This document shows, one piece after another, positions 26,435-39,313 of a stretch of 64,000 bases of DNA (position 1 is the stretch's first letter; each line of letters starts with the position of its first letter). The notes beneath the pieces are model-generated. The model ran no database searches. It saw only the letters and a list, made by a program, of their open reading frames with translations, and was not told the DNA's origin. Made by a program: the position numbers and the translations under genes. The DNA is from Paraspadella gotoi (Eukaryota; Animalia; Chaetognatha): contig CM119263.1 of assembly GCA_051294375.1 (NCBI GenBank), forward strand, positions 3,804,785 through 3,868,784, read 5' to 3'.

Positions 26435-29400
26435 ATGGCACCTCGGCTTGGTCTCATCTCCAAACTCGATCGAGACCTAATACTCTTAATATTCACTAAC
26501 ATTTTGAACATTCTCGACTTTGCCTCTGACTTAAAGACATCCATTCATTTCCGGAGCAATTCAGCCACAAAGGGCATCGGCGAAATACTTTTTGGAATCC
26601 TGATCGCGCATATCTTCATCTCAACGATATATGGAATGGCAGTCATCCAAAAGAACCCCCTGGCTTTTTCGCGGTTAAGCGCGAGTTATCCAAGACTCTT
26701 TGTCACATTTATACTGCATCTCGTGGGACTGGGAACCATACCCTTTAGTGTGGACTTTTATTTGGACTACTATCATGTTAAAAAGAAGCAAATAAATAGC
26801 GATGATGAACATGAAAATGTTGCTGACATTGACATTCAAAGAAACATCATAAATAGTGAAGATGGAATAGATAATAGGAATACTAGGGAAAACTTAAAAC
26901 GGTTTGGAAAAAAATGATCTTGTTCTTTTGAAAGAATAATTTTAAAAACAATTTAGAAAACTACAGTCCTGTGCAAAAAAAACGCGCCACTTTATTTCAG
27001 ACTTTAAAAATCACTCTATAAACTTGAATTTTTAAAAAAAATTTAAAAGTAAGATAAAGTTTATTGAAAGATGATAAGTTTGGTATAAATTTTATTAAAA
27101 TAGGACCATCCATTTAGGAACATAATTTATTAAAATGAAGTACTTTACCGCAAAGCTGAACAAAAAAATATAATAAATTTAAAATTAATCTTTTTTTTTC
27201 TGATATTTTACAATACTTGAAGTAGATTAGAAATATAAAAGAAACACTGGATATCCGGAGGATAGATGGATAGATAGATTGCCCCAGGTCCCTAAAAAAT
27301 AATATTAAGGTTATTAAAATATATGATAAAAGATACGTCTAAAATTCTGAAACTTTTATACGGATTTCAAATGAGAGTTAAAATGAAATGATCAAATACT
27401 ATGGCTAAATTATCTGATATAGGGACTTTAGATTTTTTACCCTAATAAAAATTATAACATTTTTTTGTTTTTCAATTCCCAGTAGTCCAGCTTGCTTATT
27501 TTCTTAGTTATGTGCTCATCAATGGCATGATCGAATTTAAAAAAATCAAATTTTTTACATTTGAATAGGACCTTATTATAAAATATATTTTTATAAAAAA
27601 ATTAAATGTTTTAAAATTTTGGTTTATCTCACAGATACAGACATTGGAGTATCTGGAATGTAAAGTTATAAAGTGGCGCGGTTTTTTTTGCACAGAACTG
27701 TAGATTTGAAAGGAGTGATGAGAGAGACTAAACTTTTACGAGTAATTTTAATATAATGATTTTAATTTTTTACCAAGGACATTTTTATTTTTTAAGGAAT
27801 TTTGCACTAAAACAAAGTGTGGAATTTGGGATGAATATTTTTCACTGTTTCATTGAGGCTTTTCCACAATCACTTACAAGCATTTATGCATTTATATGGG
27901 AATTTACAGCTGGGAATGATGAGCAGTGCATCCCTTTCTGTCTAAACTACAATAGGTAAATTCTTGATCATATCCAGTTATCCCTGTTTCAGATTTATAT
28001 AAAAAATTAATATTTTTTATAATTTATATAATTTATATATAATTTATATAATTTATAATTTTTTTAACATTTAAAAATTCATAGCTCCTAAAATAATTAT
28101 TAGAACTAATATCTGTATACACCATTAGAAAGTCCAATTATTAATCTATAGGATATTGTCTGTTTTAATTTTTTTTACTATATTTTAGATGTAGTAGAAA
28201 GAAAATCATAAAATTTATTAATATTGAAAAATCTATTTTTCCAAAATCCAATTCACGAAAAGTATTCATTTGATTTGAATAAATGAGGTGTTTAATATAA
28301 AGCATAAAATAAAATAAAGCATTATGTTTGCTCTTGAAGATGACAACAGTTGAATTTTATTTAGTTCATTTTTTTTAACGATATCATTCGTTTTTTATAA
28401 AATAAAAAACACTTTTTTTACAGATTTTGAAGAGTTGTAAGCACTTAATGATCGATTTTTTAAAAAACAAAGATAGAAAAAAATTATTAACAGTTAGGGG
28501 ACCAATTTGTACTATAGCGCTAAATTCTGTGAACAAGTTTTAAAAATCTGCTCAGGCCTAATGGTCTAAGTAAAAAATAAAACTCAGCACTGTATTCCAA
28601 ATCGAAGTTTTTTTTAATCTATTAATGTTATTAATTATAGTTATTCCTGCCTTGGAGGAACCCTTTTAATAAAACGGGGCGAACAATTAATCACTTTCAA
28701 CCAAAGTTGTGATTGCTTCAGGGAACAATCAAGAAGCTATTCAGATTTATTTTGCAAATGGAAAATTAAAGATCATTTTACACTTTTCTCCTTCTCACTT
28801 TCTACAATCAGTTTGGCACGATTCGCTGCTTTGAACCGTAATGACTTGATGACCTCAGTACTGAAATCCGATAAAATTTCCAAAGCGAGCGAGGTGCTTG
28901 GTACCTTACAAGGCACATTAGGTTTGACCGCCGGTATATATTTTATCTACTCATCATACATTGTGCACTCCAAGTATTTTCTGGTTTTGACACCATTTTT
29001 GATATTACGCATTTTTACAATCTCAGAAAGCGTTGACTTAGTCAAAAAATGTTGTCAAATATATACTGGAAACCCCAAAGAAAAGGATAAAGTAGTTTTC
29101 CTTTCTCAACTATTTGCTTTGCCCTTTTTCAATCTGGTTTTTTTCTCTATTATTTTGTCAATGGTAAAGCAATTGGAAGTTACTGCCGAGCTCGATATTT
29201 ATGGTAAAACTGGTAAAACTTTGGGTTGGACTCATTTGGAAACTGATCATCTGCCAAAAATCGTTACATACGGTCGACTACTAATTCATCAACCATTCGT
29301 AACTTCTGATCGCCCTTGTATTTTGTCAGAAAACTTGGGCAACTACAAAAATTGGGCCACATTACTTACTAAGTTTGTAATACCAATTACTTTCTCTTAC

Positions 29401-32371
29401 TCTGAAGCACAGTCATTAGATTTTTAATAAATATTTTACAATCTTTATAGTCACTTTTCGGTTGGTCTGTCAGTGTCGGTACGTCTGTCCGTCGTTAAAA
29501 ATACTGGTTAATGCTTTTATAATTAAGTTCATATTTGGAATGAAGATAAGGCACCAAAAGAACTTTAACGTGCATATATATCATACTTGTGAAGTCACGT
29601 GATCATGTTAAAAATTGACCACATGACCCAAAATTCAATGCAGCTTATATTTGGTTGTTCTTTTGTTTTGTTTTTTTGCTGAGCAGATAGGAACCTCTAC
29701 ACAAAGCGACTGTGAGCTACCCCTTTTGTTTTTAAGAATATGAAGAATAAAATATGTTTTCTGATGTAGTGCGTATGGAATATACACTTTTACTGTTTCT
29801 GATTTTGTTAATACTGTTTTTGGTATTAATAAAAAAATGATAAAATCTTTTGAAATTCCGGTCTATATGTAAACACTGTTATTGTGACCATTACTTTTTT
29901 GTTTTTATGTTAATATCGTTTTTGTTATTAATAAAAAAACAAAAACGGTAATTCCGATGTGTTGCGCCGCAGTGACTACCTTATCAAGTGTATTTATCAT
30001 GACGTGACCTGAAATAACGTGACATGACATGACATGACCTGACATAACATGTATTTATGACACGCACTGCATAGGAATTTTGTCTTTTATTCTTTATAGT
30101 TTAGGATTTCCTGAAGGTTTTTTCATTTCTTAACAATTGAGCAACCAACTATATGCAAGTTATGAGCCATTTTAACGTAAGTAGGACAGACCGACGGATA
30201 GACAGACCAACAGACCGACAGACCGACCAAAAAGTGACTTAATGAGTTGCATAAAATTATATTCATGACATAAAGGTGCCCCTATAGACCTTTCCCCAGT
30301 ATGTATCCCTATCAGAACATACAATTCTACATGGTAGTCTTATCCCTATTGGTAAAAAAAACATATATAACGTTGGTCCCTCAAAAAATTATCCATTCCC
30401 ACCCCTTTCTGTTCAGCCTCTTAGATATTATGATTTTTCATTAATGACTTTCTAACAGAAATGATGTGTGATATCTATTAGAAAACTAGGACAGATAGTA
30501 ATCTAACCTTGTGTTGTATAGATGCTCCCTCTATTTCCAGAAGATAACACTGACTTCCCCTTCCCAAATTGAATTATTAGATAAATAAAACATTTTTAAA
30601 AAAGAAAGCAATATATGTTTGATTAAATAATATAGATTAAATACTAAATCCTTCATAAAAATATTAAATATTAAAATAGAAAAATAGAAAATAGTGAAAC
30701 AAGTAATTTGCAAATTTTCATTGATAGCAAAAAGTAGAGGAAGTTTTTGTCGCGCTTTTTTCTCTCTATTCATTTTTCCATGGATATCACATTCATAAAA
30801 ATTAACCTTAAACAATAGAAAATCGTTGCCTGAATCACTCAAATCAATCAAATAGTCTTCTATTTACATTTTGCATCTAGTTATAAAACGTGATTATAAT
30901 ATCTTCCTAAAATAGAAAGAGTTTCATTATGTTAAACTATATTGAAAATTGTATTTTCTTACATGCACACATTTTATTAAAATCGTAGTTTTTCTTCAAT
31001 TATTTTTAAGCAGACCCGACTCTATAATTCACTTTGTCAGTCCGTCGGTCCCACCCCAAAATATTGTCGGTAAATTATTATTATCATATCAGAACCTCGA
31101 ATTATGATAAATTATGCAAAAAAAATTATGTCCGTCCGTCCGTCCTTCCGTCTGTCCGTCCGTCCGTGCGTCCGTCCGTCCATCTGTCCGTCCCCCCTTA
31201 GTAAAAAACTCCGATTACTCGTGATTGGATGGATGGATTGGTATGAAATTTTGTGTGTGGGAAGGAAACTGTGTGAATGAGATGGATATAAAGTTTCAAT
31301 GGAATCGTGCGAGTGGAAATTGGTTTAAGAGGAAAGGTCATTCAGCATAACAATGCGTAATCTTTGATGTATTAGAGCTAATGCATCGAGAAATACATTA
31401 TAGTCATCAGTAATCACAAAAAAAATACGTTTTTATTTAAATGTAAACATTCTGTTTTCAATCATTTTTTTAAATCGGTAAATAACAAAATTGTTAAGTT
31501 AAATGGGTAAGCACATTTTTTAAAGATTAGTTTTTCAATCTGATTGTTAAAAAATTCTAGGTAAGAAGTTAAAACACAGTAAGGGATAATTTAGAAGGGG
31601 AGAATTAAACAATTAATCTTGTGACTCTGTTGGTTTTCCAGTCATGAACAAGATCTTCAGTTAAATAGATGGTAAAGAAATTTGAGCTACAATGAATCTA
31701 TACTGAATTTGAGGAGTTGCAGCCTAAACGACTGCAATAATATTGATTTAAAAATTTGATTAGCAATCTAAAAAACATTTGTAAAAATGTAATAGAGAGA
31801 CATTTTGATAAACGCGTTCCAGTTAGAAAGAATTCAGGGTTAAAGTTTAAAAACGTTTCATTTTCAAGGATACAAGTTGAAATTTAAAAATGTCTCTCTA
31901 TTACATTTTTCTAATTCAGTAATAGAAAATTCATAAAAAATATCAGATGGATTGGCCTTTTTCGTTTGACCTGCAACTCTTCAGATAGGTTTCTTTTATT
32001 TTATATTATAATTAAAACCGATATAAAATGGCGTAGAATGCATCAAATGTTTAAAGTGAATACATTTTTGGAATCGGCAAGAGCTCAGCTTTCTGAATTT
32101 GTACTTCATTTTGGCCTATTTTGAAGTTGAGTTGAATGACCCTTTTTCTTAAATAGAAAAAACAAAAAAATCTATTTCACTATTTGAACGCCAATTGCTC
32201 ATGAGTAAATAGGGCAATTGACTTGAAATTTTGTATGATGGTAGGAAAGTATGTGATAAAGCTGTATATAATTTTTTGATGGAATCGTAGGAGTGGAAAA
32301 GAGTTCAAATTAGAAAACAAAAAGACACATTTATTTGAATTTTTTAAAGTTTCTTTCTCTCTATCTCTCTC

Positions 32372-32411
<40 letters not shown>

Positions 32412-34166
32412 GTGACCAAATTATGCCAGTTGACCAATTTATGCCAGTTGACAAATTCTGCAAGTTGACCAAATTATGCCTGTTGACCAAATTATGCCAG
32501 TTGACCAAATTATGCCAGTTGATAAAATTATGCAGTTGACCAAATTATGCAGTTGACCAAATTATGTATGTGGACCAAATTATGTTAATTGACCAAATTA
32601 TGTCAGTTGACCAAATAATGCCAGTTGAACAAATTAAGTCAGTTAACCAAGTTATGTCATTTAAACAAGTTAAGTCAGTTGACCAAATTATGTCAGTTGA
32701 CCAAATTATGTCAGTTGACCAAATTATGTCAGTTAACCAAATTATGTCAGTTGACCAAATTATGTCAGTTGACCAAATTATGCCAGCTGACAAAATTATG
32801 TCAGTTGACCAAATTATGCCAGTTGACCAAATAATGTAATTTGATGAAATTATGCAAGTTGACCAAGTTAGCTTATTAAAACTTAATTATCGTAGGCAGA
32901 TCCGGCATTGTTTGCTCAAACTTTTTATTAAAAAGTAAATATTAACTATAAAGGACCAACTGAAAAAAAAGAATAAAGAATACTTAAAAAAATTTTATTT
33001 ACAGTTTCTTCGATGTCCCTAATAATGCTATATGTGAGACAAAGCCAAGGATGGTATTGAAACTTGGAAATTACATGCTACTTCGCTCAAGTTTCTTGGT
33101 TCAACTAATAATACTTTCACTGGATTTTACATTTGGGATCTTCTACTCCTTCTTTTTAACGATTTTGCATAAACAGTTTTGTCAACGATTATTTTTTTAT
33201 ATTGGAAGTTTGAATTTTTTATTCATACTTGTCCTGAACTTACAGAGTTCAGCAAATCTAGAAAATGTCAGTGAGTTTTTGCTCAGTGCAACCAGCTATC
33301 GAGAGATCATGAAAAAACCAATACCTACTTATGAAAGGAGGGCTGAACTCTTTAAAATTTTTACCGAGGAAAGGGAATCATATTTCAATCCATTAATAAA
33401 ACATGTTTACAGAATGGCAACTGTTTTGGTCAATGCTTGGATGGCTATGTTATCTTTAGCCGCGCTAAAGTTTCTTAGTAAAACAATTAAACGATTGCCA
33501 TTTATACTTCAGATCACGTTTTTTATACTGTTGGGCTTGATTTCTCCTTCATTACCACTCTATGTAGCTTATTTTTACAATGAGGATAGATTAAAATATA
33601 AACTTATTAGAGAAATTCAAACTAATTGCAACGTCACTGTCAATGAATATCATCCAGTTACCTCAACACATATTGATACGACTATTTATGCCTTTTTGTC
33701 TTATGCTTATTTCAAAGAAGTTTATTTTGTTATACTCTGTATCTCGACCTTGCCGTTTCTGCATTTCATTTTTGTTTTGTCGAATCTTAGCAAAAAACGA
33801 AATATTCCAATCAAAATCAAAATGTTTTTTGTGGTAATTTTTTGGGCAAGTTATTTTTTTATTTTTGAATACTATTTGAAAAGAACAAATTTAAAGAGTG
33901 AGTTTACTTTAGAATATTCTTACAGAAGAGAAAATATTTTTGATATAGAATTTGCACCAACAAAATCGATCAATTTAAATTATTACTCAAATTTAAAAAA
34001 ACAAATATATTTTTGCCTTGAAGGAATTAAAATTGATGTCAGTAACCTATACTTACAAAAAGTCTTTGATAACCTCGACGCTCAATCTAACGAATGGGTT
34101 TTAAACATTGCTCCTATGAACAATATCGTTTTCTTACTATTTCCTACTGCCTTAATGCTGATCTAA
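26435..34166 (+). CDS. multi-pass membrane protein with XK-related (Xkr)-like N-terminal region, about 839 aa
   Basis: Exons 26435-26901, 27797-27955, 28641-29372, 33005-34166 join through three phase-2 introns into a 2520-nt ORF. Xkr-like motifs: ILDFASDL in TM1, FIEAFPQ (ExxPQ), SLSTISLA. Many hydrophobic segments. Joining of the last exon is inferred from phase compatibility. Confidence 0.68.
26964..27700. mobile_element. Tc1/mariner-type MITE (737 bp)
   Basis: TIRs CAGTCCTGTGCAAAAAAAACGCGCCACTTTAT and ATAAAGTGGCGCGGTTTTTTTTGCACAGAACTG, flanked by TA on both sides. No transposase ORF. Lies in intron 1 of the Xkr-like gene. Confidence 0.88.
29943..30250 (+). repeat. second dispersed repeat family, copy 2
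   Basis: Collinear similarity with 3340-3623. Confidence 0.7.
31003..32925 (+). mobile_element. Helentron/DINE-1-like non-autonomous element (5' module, GTCC microsatellite, internal array, 3' module), probably interrupted
   Basis: 5' module GCAGACCCGACTCTATAATTCACTTTGTC..(GTCC)n recurs at 35138, 43390 and, inverted, at 36230-36468 and 26090-26315. 3' module ATTATCGTAGGCAGATCCG.CATTGTTTGCTCAAACTT recurs near 37870 and 44110. Confidence 0.62.
32412..32870. repeat. 18-bp minisatellite GTTGACCAAATTATG(T/C)CA
   Basis: About 25 tandem units; explains the repetitive ORFs at 32545-32839. Confidence 0.95.
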
Positions 34167-35361
34167 GATATTATATATTTTAAGGTATTTTAGGATAGTT
34201 TAAGGAATTTTTAAGATATATAGTTTTAAAATAGTATATAGTCTTAAATTTAAGATTTATAATTTAATTTATATTAAAGTTATTTTAATTAAACTATGTT
34301 TTTAATTTTCGAAACAAATATTAATAATATAAAAAATGTTAAAAATGCATAGTGAAACCATAAAACGATCTTTTTAGTGCATAAATAGACACCTATAAGC
34401 ATTTACGTTTTCCAATAACTTTTTGAAAAAAATCATCAAGAGACTCAACCACAGAATAAACTAAATCAAAAAAACATTACAACGCTGCGATAAAAATTTT
34501 AAAAACCATATGATAAGAAATTCTACGTAGTCTTTAACTTTTCTTTCTTGCTTGTAACAATCACAATGCACAAAGAATTAAAGAACTGAGTAACAAAAAC
34601 TTTTATTTATCAATTTTGTTTTTCAATACAAAACTTTTATTATACAGAGATTTCAAATAAAATAAATCAGTTTAAGAAAAATGAGGCTCGATAAAATCAC
34701 CGCCAGCATTACTCTGCTTCCCACGTTTTTGTGAAAAAAATTGGTTGTGCACAGAAGTTTTCATCTTAGCCTAAGAAATAATTTATCGAGGGAATTTTGA
34801 CCCTCCCTAAAGTTTTCAATCTCCTAAAATATATGTAAAAACTTAAATTTACATCTACAGAATGAGCATCTTTTATTCTTTTAACTTTTAGTTAATTTTT
34901 AGACATGATGTATTGTTAGTTTGATAGCAGAGAAAACAAAGTGTTACGAAATAACTATCTTTTATATTACAATGAAATCCAGCTTCTCCACCTTTTCCCC
35001 GTTGCTCTTTTGTTCTTTTTTAATGATTTTTTACAACGAATTTGGTTTAATGATTTTTTTTAATAATAAAAAACAAATTCGTTGTAAAAAATCATTAAAA
35101 CTTTGTTTTCTCAGCTAATTATTTTTTAATATTTTTAGTGGGATCTGCTTATCAGCAGATCCCGACTCTATAATCCACTTTGTCGGTCCGTCTATCCGCC
35201 CCCTCAATCTTGTCAGTCATTTACCTAAATTATGTCAGAACCTCGAATTATGATAAATTATGCAAAAAAAAAAATGATGTCCGTCCGTCCGTCCTCCCAT
35301 AGCAAAAAACTCCAATTACTCGTGATTGGAGTATGTGGTTTGGTGTGAATGTGGTTTAAAT

Positions 35362-35591
35362 GTGGACTAAAATCCACCAACCATTCATCAGCGGCCATTG
35401 GTGCCGGAGGCAAGACATTCGCCTCCCAACCCAAAGGTCCGGGGTTCTAGCCCGGTGGTCGCCTAACAGTTAAGAGGGACGGGGCGCTTAACCCGCCTGT
35501 AACTCGGTGCTACAGCCTGATCCGAAGCTCAGGGACTGCTTATATTGAACGGTTCTGTCATTAACATATATCAATAATCACTGTCTCTTCA
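35362..35591 (+). mobile_element. tRNA-Gly-derived SINE-like element, copy 3
   Basis: Acceptor stem GCGGCCA/TGGTCGC and T arm intact, CCC anticodon loop, anticodon stem unpaired. Inserted in a DINE-like element. Confidence 0.8.
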
Positions 35592-36567
35592 GTGTGTGAT
35601 TTAGCTGGAAAAAAAAATTCTATGGAATCGTACGAGTAAAAATTAAATTTAATGAAAAAAACATAGGTCACATTTACTTTAATCTTTTTACTAATTTTAA
35701 CCTTGTATTTTTTATTTCTTTCTTTTCGTTGCGTTAGTGAATAAACGAAATGGTTTTTAAAGTCAACAACGATTTTTATTTTTATAATAAAAATCGTTGT
35801 TGACTTTAAAAACCCTTTCGTTTAATTTTAAAATATAATTATTCATAATTGGATGGATAGAATGAGATTAAATTTTGTGTGTTGGAAGGAAAGTGTGGGA
35901 TTGAGCAGGATAAAAAGTTGAAAAAATGATGCAAGTTAAAAAATGATGCACGTTTAAAAAATGATGTTATTTGAAAAAATTATGTGATTTGAAAAAATGA
36001 TGAAAGTAAAATAAAATTATACAATTTAAAAAGATGGAGCGTGTTAAAAAAATGATGCCAGTTGAAAAAAATATGTGAATTGAGCAAACACGATCATTAG
36101 CGGTTATTAATTAATTAGTTAATTAATTCAAGTTAATTAATTCAAGTTAATTAATTAATTAATTATTTAATTTGATATGAAATATTTGTTTTAGATATTT
36201 TCGTCACTGACCATGACAAAACACACACTTCCCTACCCACACACGAAATTTCATTCCAATCTATCCATCCAATCACGAGTAATTGGATTTTGTTGCTAAG
36301 GTGGGACGGACGCACGGACGGACGAACATAATTTTTTTGCACAATTTATCATAATTCGATGTTCTGCAATGATATAAGTAAATGCCCGACAAGATTGAGG
36401 GGGTGGACCGACGGACCGACAAATTGAATTATAGAGTTGGAATCAGCTGAAAAGCAGATCCGACTAAAATGATGCAAGTTGAAAAAACGATGCAAGTTGA
36501 AAAAATAATATTAGGTAAAAAAAATATTTTTGTACCGTAGTAAGAGTTTAGTTTAATCCCTTGCAAG

Positions 36568-37751
36568 TAGTGTTCCAATAACCGTTAACTGTTAACGGTT
36601 ATTAACGGTTAAAAAAATTTTAACTTAACCGTTAATATATTTATTTTAACGGTTAAATTCGGTTAATTTTCAAATGTGATTTTTTTTCATTTTTTGGTAT
36701 GAAATCTTTAAATTTAAAAAAAATAAATTTTTTTTCTGTTTTCTCTTATTCTCCTCTCCCCTTCTCACCATATTTTTACCCCTCTCTCTCTTCTCCACTT
36801 TTTTCCTGCTTTTTTCTTTTGTTATTTTTTTTCTATCCTAATCTCTCTCTTATTCTTTCTTCCTATTTATTTATCTCCTCCTGTTCCTTTATTTTTCTTT
36901 CTCACTTCCCCTTTTTCTTTCCCCCTTTCTTTTTTCTCCTTTTTTCGCCCTTTCATGCAATAATATATATTCAATTTAGCTAAAAATAAATAATCCCTCT
37001 TATTTTACTTTTTCTCTCTTTTTCTTTCCTTCTTTAAAACGATCAAAGAAGCAAATGAAATAAAACCAAATGAATAAAAAAAATGAATAAAAAACCAAAT
37101 AAAAAAAATTATTTTAAAAAATTTAAAAATTAGTAATAGAAGGAAAAAATCTTAAAAAAGACATATAAAAAAGAATAATGATGATATACTTTTTAATTAA
37201 ACTGAAAAATATATTTATTCATCAATAAATAATTTGATCAATCGATAAATCAACTAGTCTATCAATAAATTAAAATTCATATTTATATTTATGGTCAATG
37301 ACCATTGGTCATAGTTTATGAAAGATTAACAACAGAAAACAAGTGTTTAAGAAACTAACAACTACAAAAATAATGAGGAAGAGAAGAAGTAGAGAAAGAA
37401 AAAGAGAAAGCAAAGAGAGAAAGAGAAACAAAATATAGAATTAGAATTTGATGGTATCCTTTCGTTTCGTTGTGTTATGAGATTAGCAAAAATATTTGTT
37501 TTGTTACAACAACAATATAATTTGACATAAAAAACAGACATGTTTCGACTCTGTTTCAAGTCTTTATCAGCGCATTCAAGAGCCAGAGTTAAAGAGAAAA
37601 TACCATTAAATACTTTAGTTTATTTTAAATCTTAATATTTTAAATTTAAAGTTAAATTATAAAATTAACCGATCTTAACGGTTAACCGTTAAAAATGTTA
37701 GTTTTAACGGTTAAGCGAATTCCTAAAAAATTAACGGTTATCGGAACTCTA
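36568..37751. mobile_element. hAT-type MITE with 8-bp TSD
   Basis: TIRs TAGTGTTCCAATAACCGTTAA and TTAACGGTTATCGGAACTCTA. TSD CTTGCAAG at 36560-36567 and 37752-37759. Repeated subterminal AACCGTT/AACGGTT motifs. Confidence 0.86.
37447..37575 (-). mobile_element. diverged Penelope-like/hammerhead remnant (core mutated)
   Basis: Shares terminus TTTG..G.TATCCTTTCGTTTCGTTG with 18861. Minus strand CTGATAA-A-GACT-TGAAACAG-AGTC-GAAACATGTC has a G8>A core change. Confidence 0.68.
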
Positions 37752-39277
37752 CTTGCAAGCGATTTTCATGTATTGCCGCAGCCATTGGTTTGGTTTGGTT
37801 TGCTGCGATCTGTTATGATGAGTTAGGATCACAAATTAAAAGAATTATCTGATTAGCTGATTACCGCTTAATTATCGTAGGCAGATCCGACATTGTTTGC
37901 TCAAACTTGTTTATTTTTATTTTTTCTCTTATAAATGTTGTGCAAAGCGATTTGTATTGACATTAATTTCATTTTTTTCCTTAAATTAATAAAAATCTAT
38001 CCTTAATTTTTCTCCTTTTTTATCAGCTTCTTTATGTTAAAAAAAGGAAAGAGAAAGATAGGGAGTAAGATGAAGTGAAAGAGAAATAATGGGAGAAAGA
38101 AAGGTAATTTGGAAACCCTCGTTATGAAGAAGAGTCGTTGATTAATTTTAATTAATTATATTAACTACTTACAATAAAAAACAATATTTACAATTGAGAA
38201 ATGTATACGTTATTACAACGTACTAACAATAACAAAAATAGACGAAAAATACTTGAGGCAAAATTGATTGTAGACAAAACGAATAATAAAAGGTTAAGAC
38301 GACGTTATTTTAGAGAGAGAGAAAAAAACCAGATTTTTCAAAATATAAAGGATGGAGAGAGAGAGAGAGTTGACCGACGACGACGAGAACAAAGACGTTG
38401 AGGTTTCATATTGTTTGGTGAGTTGTATTTTTGCGACGAGGGTAAGTTAATTGACCGAGGTCAATTCAGGTCACCAGAGTAAAGAGAAAGAAGCAAAAGG
38501 AAGAATAGAACGGTAGAAAAAAATAAAGCCTAAAAGATTAAACTAATGAAAGGAAGAAAGTAACAAATTACAAAATAATACAGAATAGAAAAAAAAACTG
38601 TAAAAAAGAGAAGAGATAAGGAGTTTTGCGTTTAATCTTTATGCATTTCTAGCTTTTCCTTTAATTCTATTAGCGTGAGAGAATGAAAACTCATAAAGCA
38701 CTTCATTCAGACTGACACTGCACCACGATTTGCCAATTTGAAATTTATTAGCCATTTTTATCGAATTTTTATTTTATTTTATTTTTATTTTTATCGAATC
38801 TGAAAAAGAGAACTCAGGCGGAAAAGGATCAAGAGACAATTTTGAATAAGATAACCTTGGAATTGATCGGGCTGAAATTCAACATATATTTTCGTATTCT
38901 ACGGAAATGTTAATTAAAGTTCAAGCCAATGTTTGAATTGAAATAATCTATTTTAACAATTTTTTACTGTTTAAAAGAATTATTTATTATAAAATGTTAA
39001 AGACAAATATTAATAACTTTGTGTACAAAATCTTTTTAGGTTCAAAACTATTTATTATTTTTTTTACATAACTTTTTATTAGAGACTGAAAACTAACTCT
39101 AAAAGACATTCCAAGGTACACTCGTCCGTATAAAAATTTAAAAAAACGTTTTAAAAACAAACCGAGTCTCTCTAACTTTTGTTTCTTACTTTAGACAATT
39201 ATAACGCGCCCTCTAACAATGAATTAGAGAACTGGGTGGAATAAAAAACTTTTGTTTTATACAAACACATGATGATT

Positions 39278-39313
<36 letters not shown>

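Larger units (their letters stand above)
35138..37912. mobile_element. nested cluster of DINE-like elements with SINE, foldback, hAT MITE and PLE insertions
   Basis: Forward 5' module at 35138-35330, array at 35920-36080, inverted module at 36230-36468, 3' module at 37760-37912 split by the hAT MITE. Confidence 0.62.

Noticed and set aside
26957-27741. Small exon interrupted by the Tc1 MITE
   Set aside because: The reconstructed 46-nt exon is phase-incompatible; direct splicing 26901 to 27797 keeps the frame.
32412-32870. CRISPR array or repetitive protein ORFs
   Set aside because: Contiguous 18-bp units without spacers; intronic minisatellite in a eukaryotic genome.
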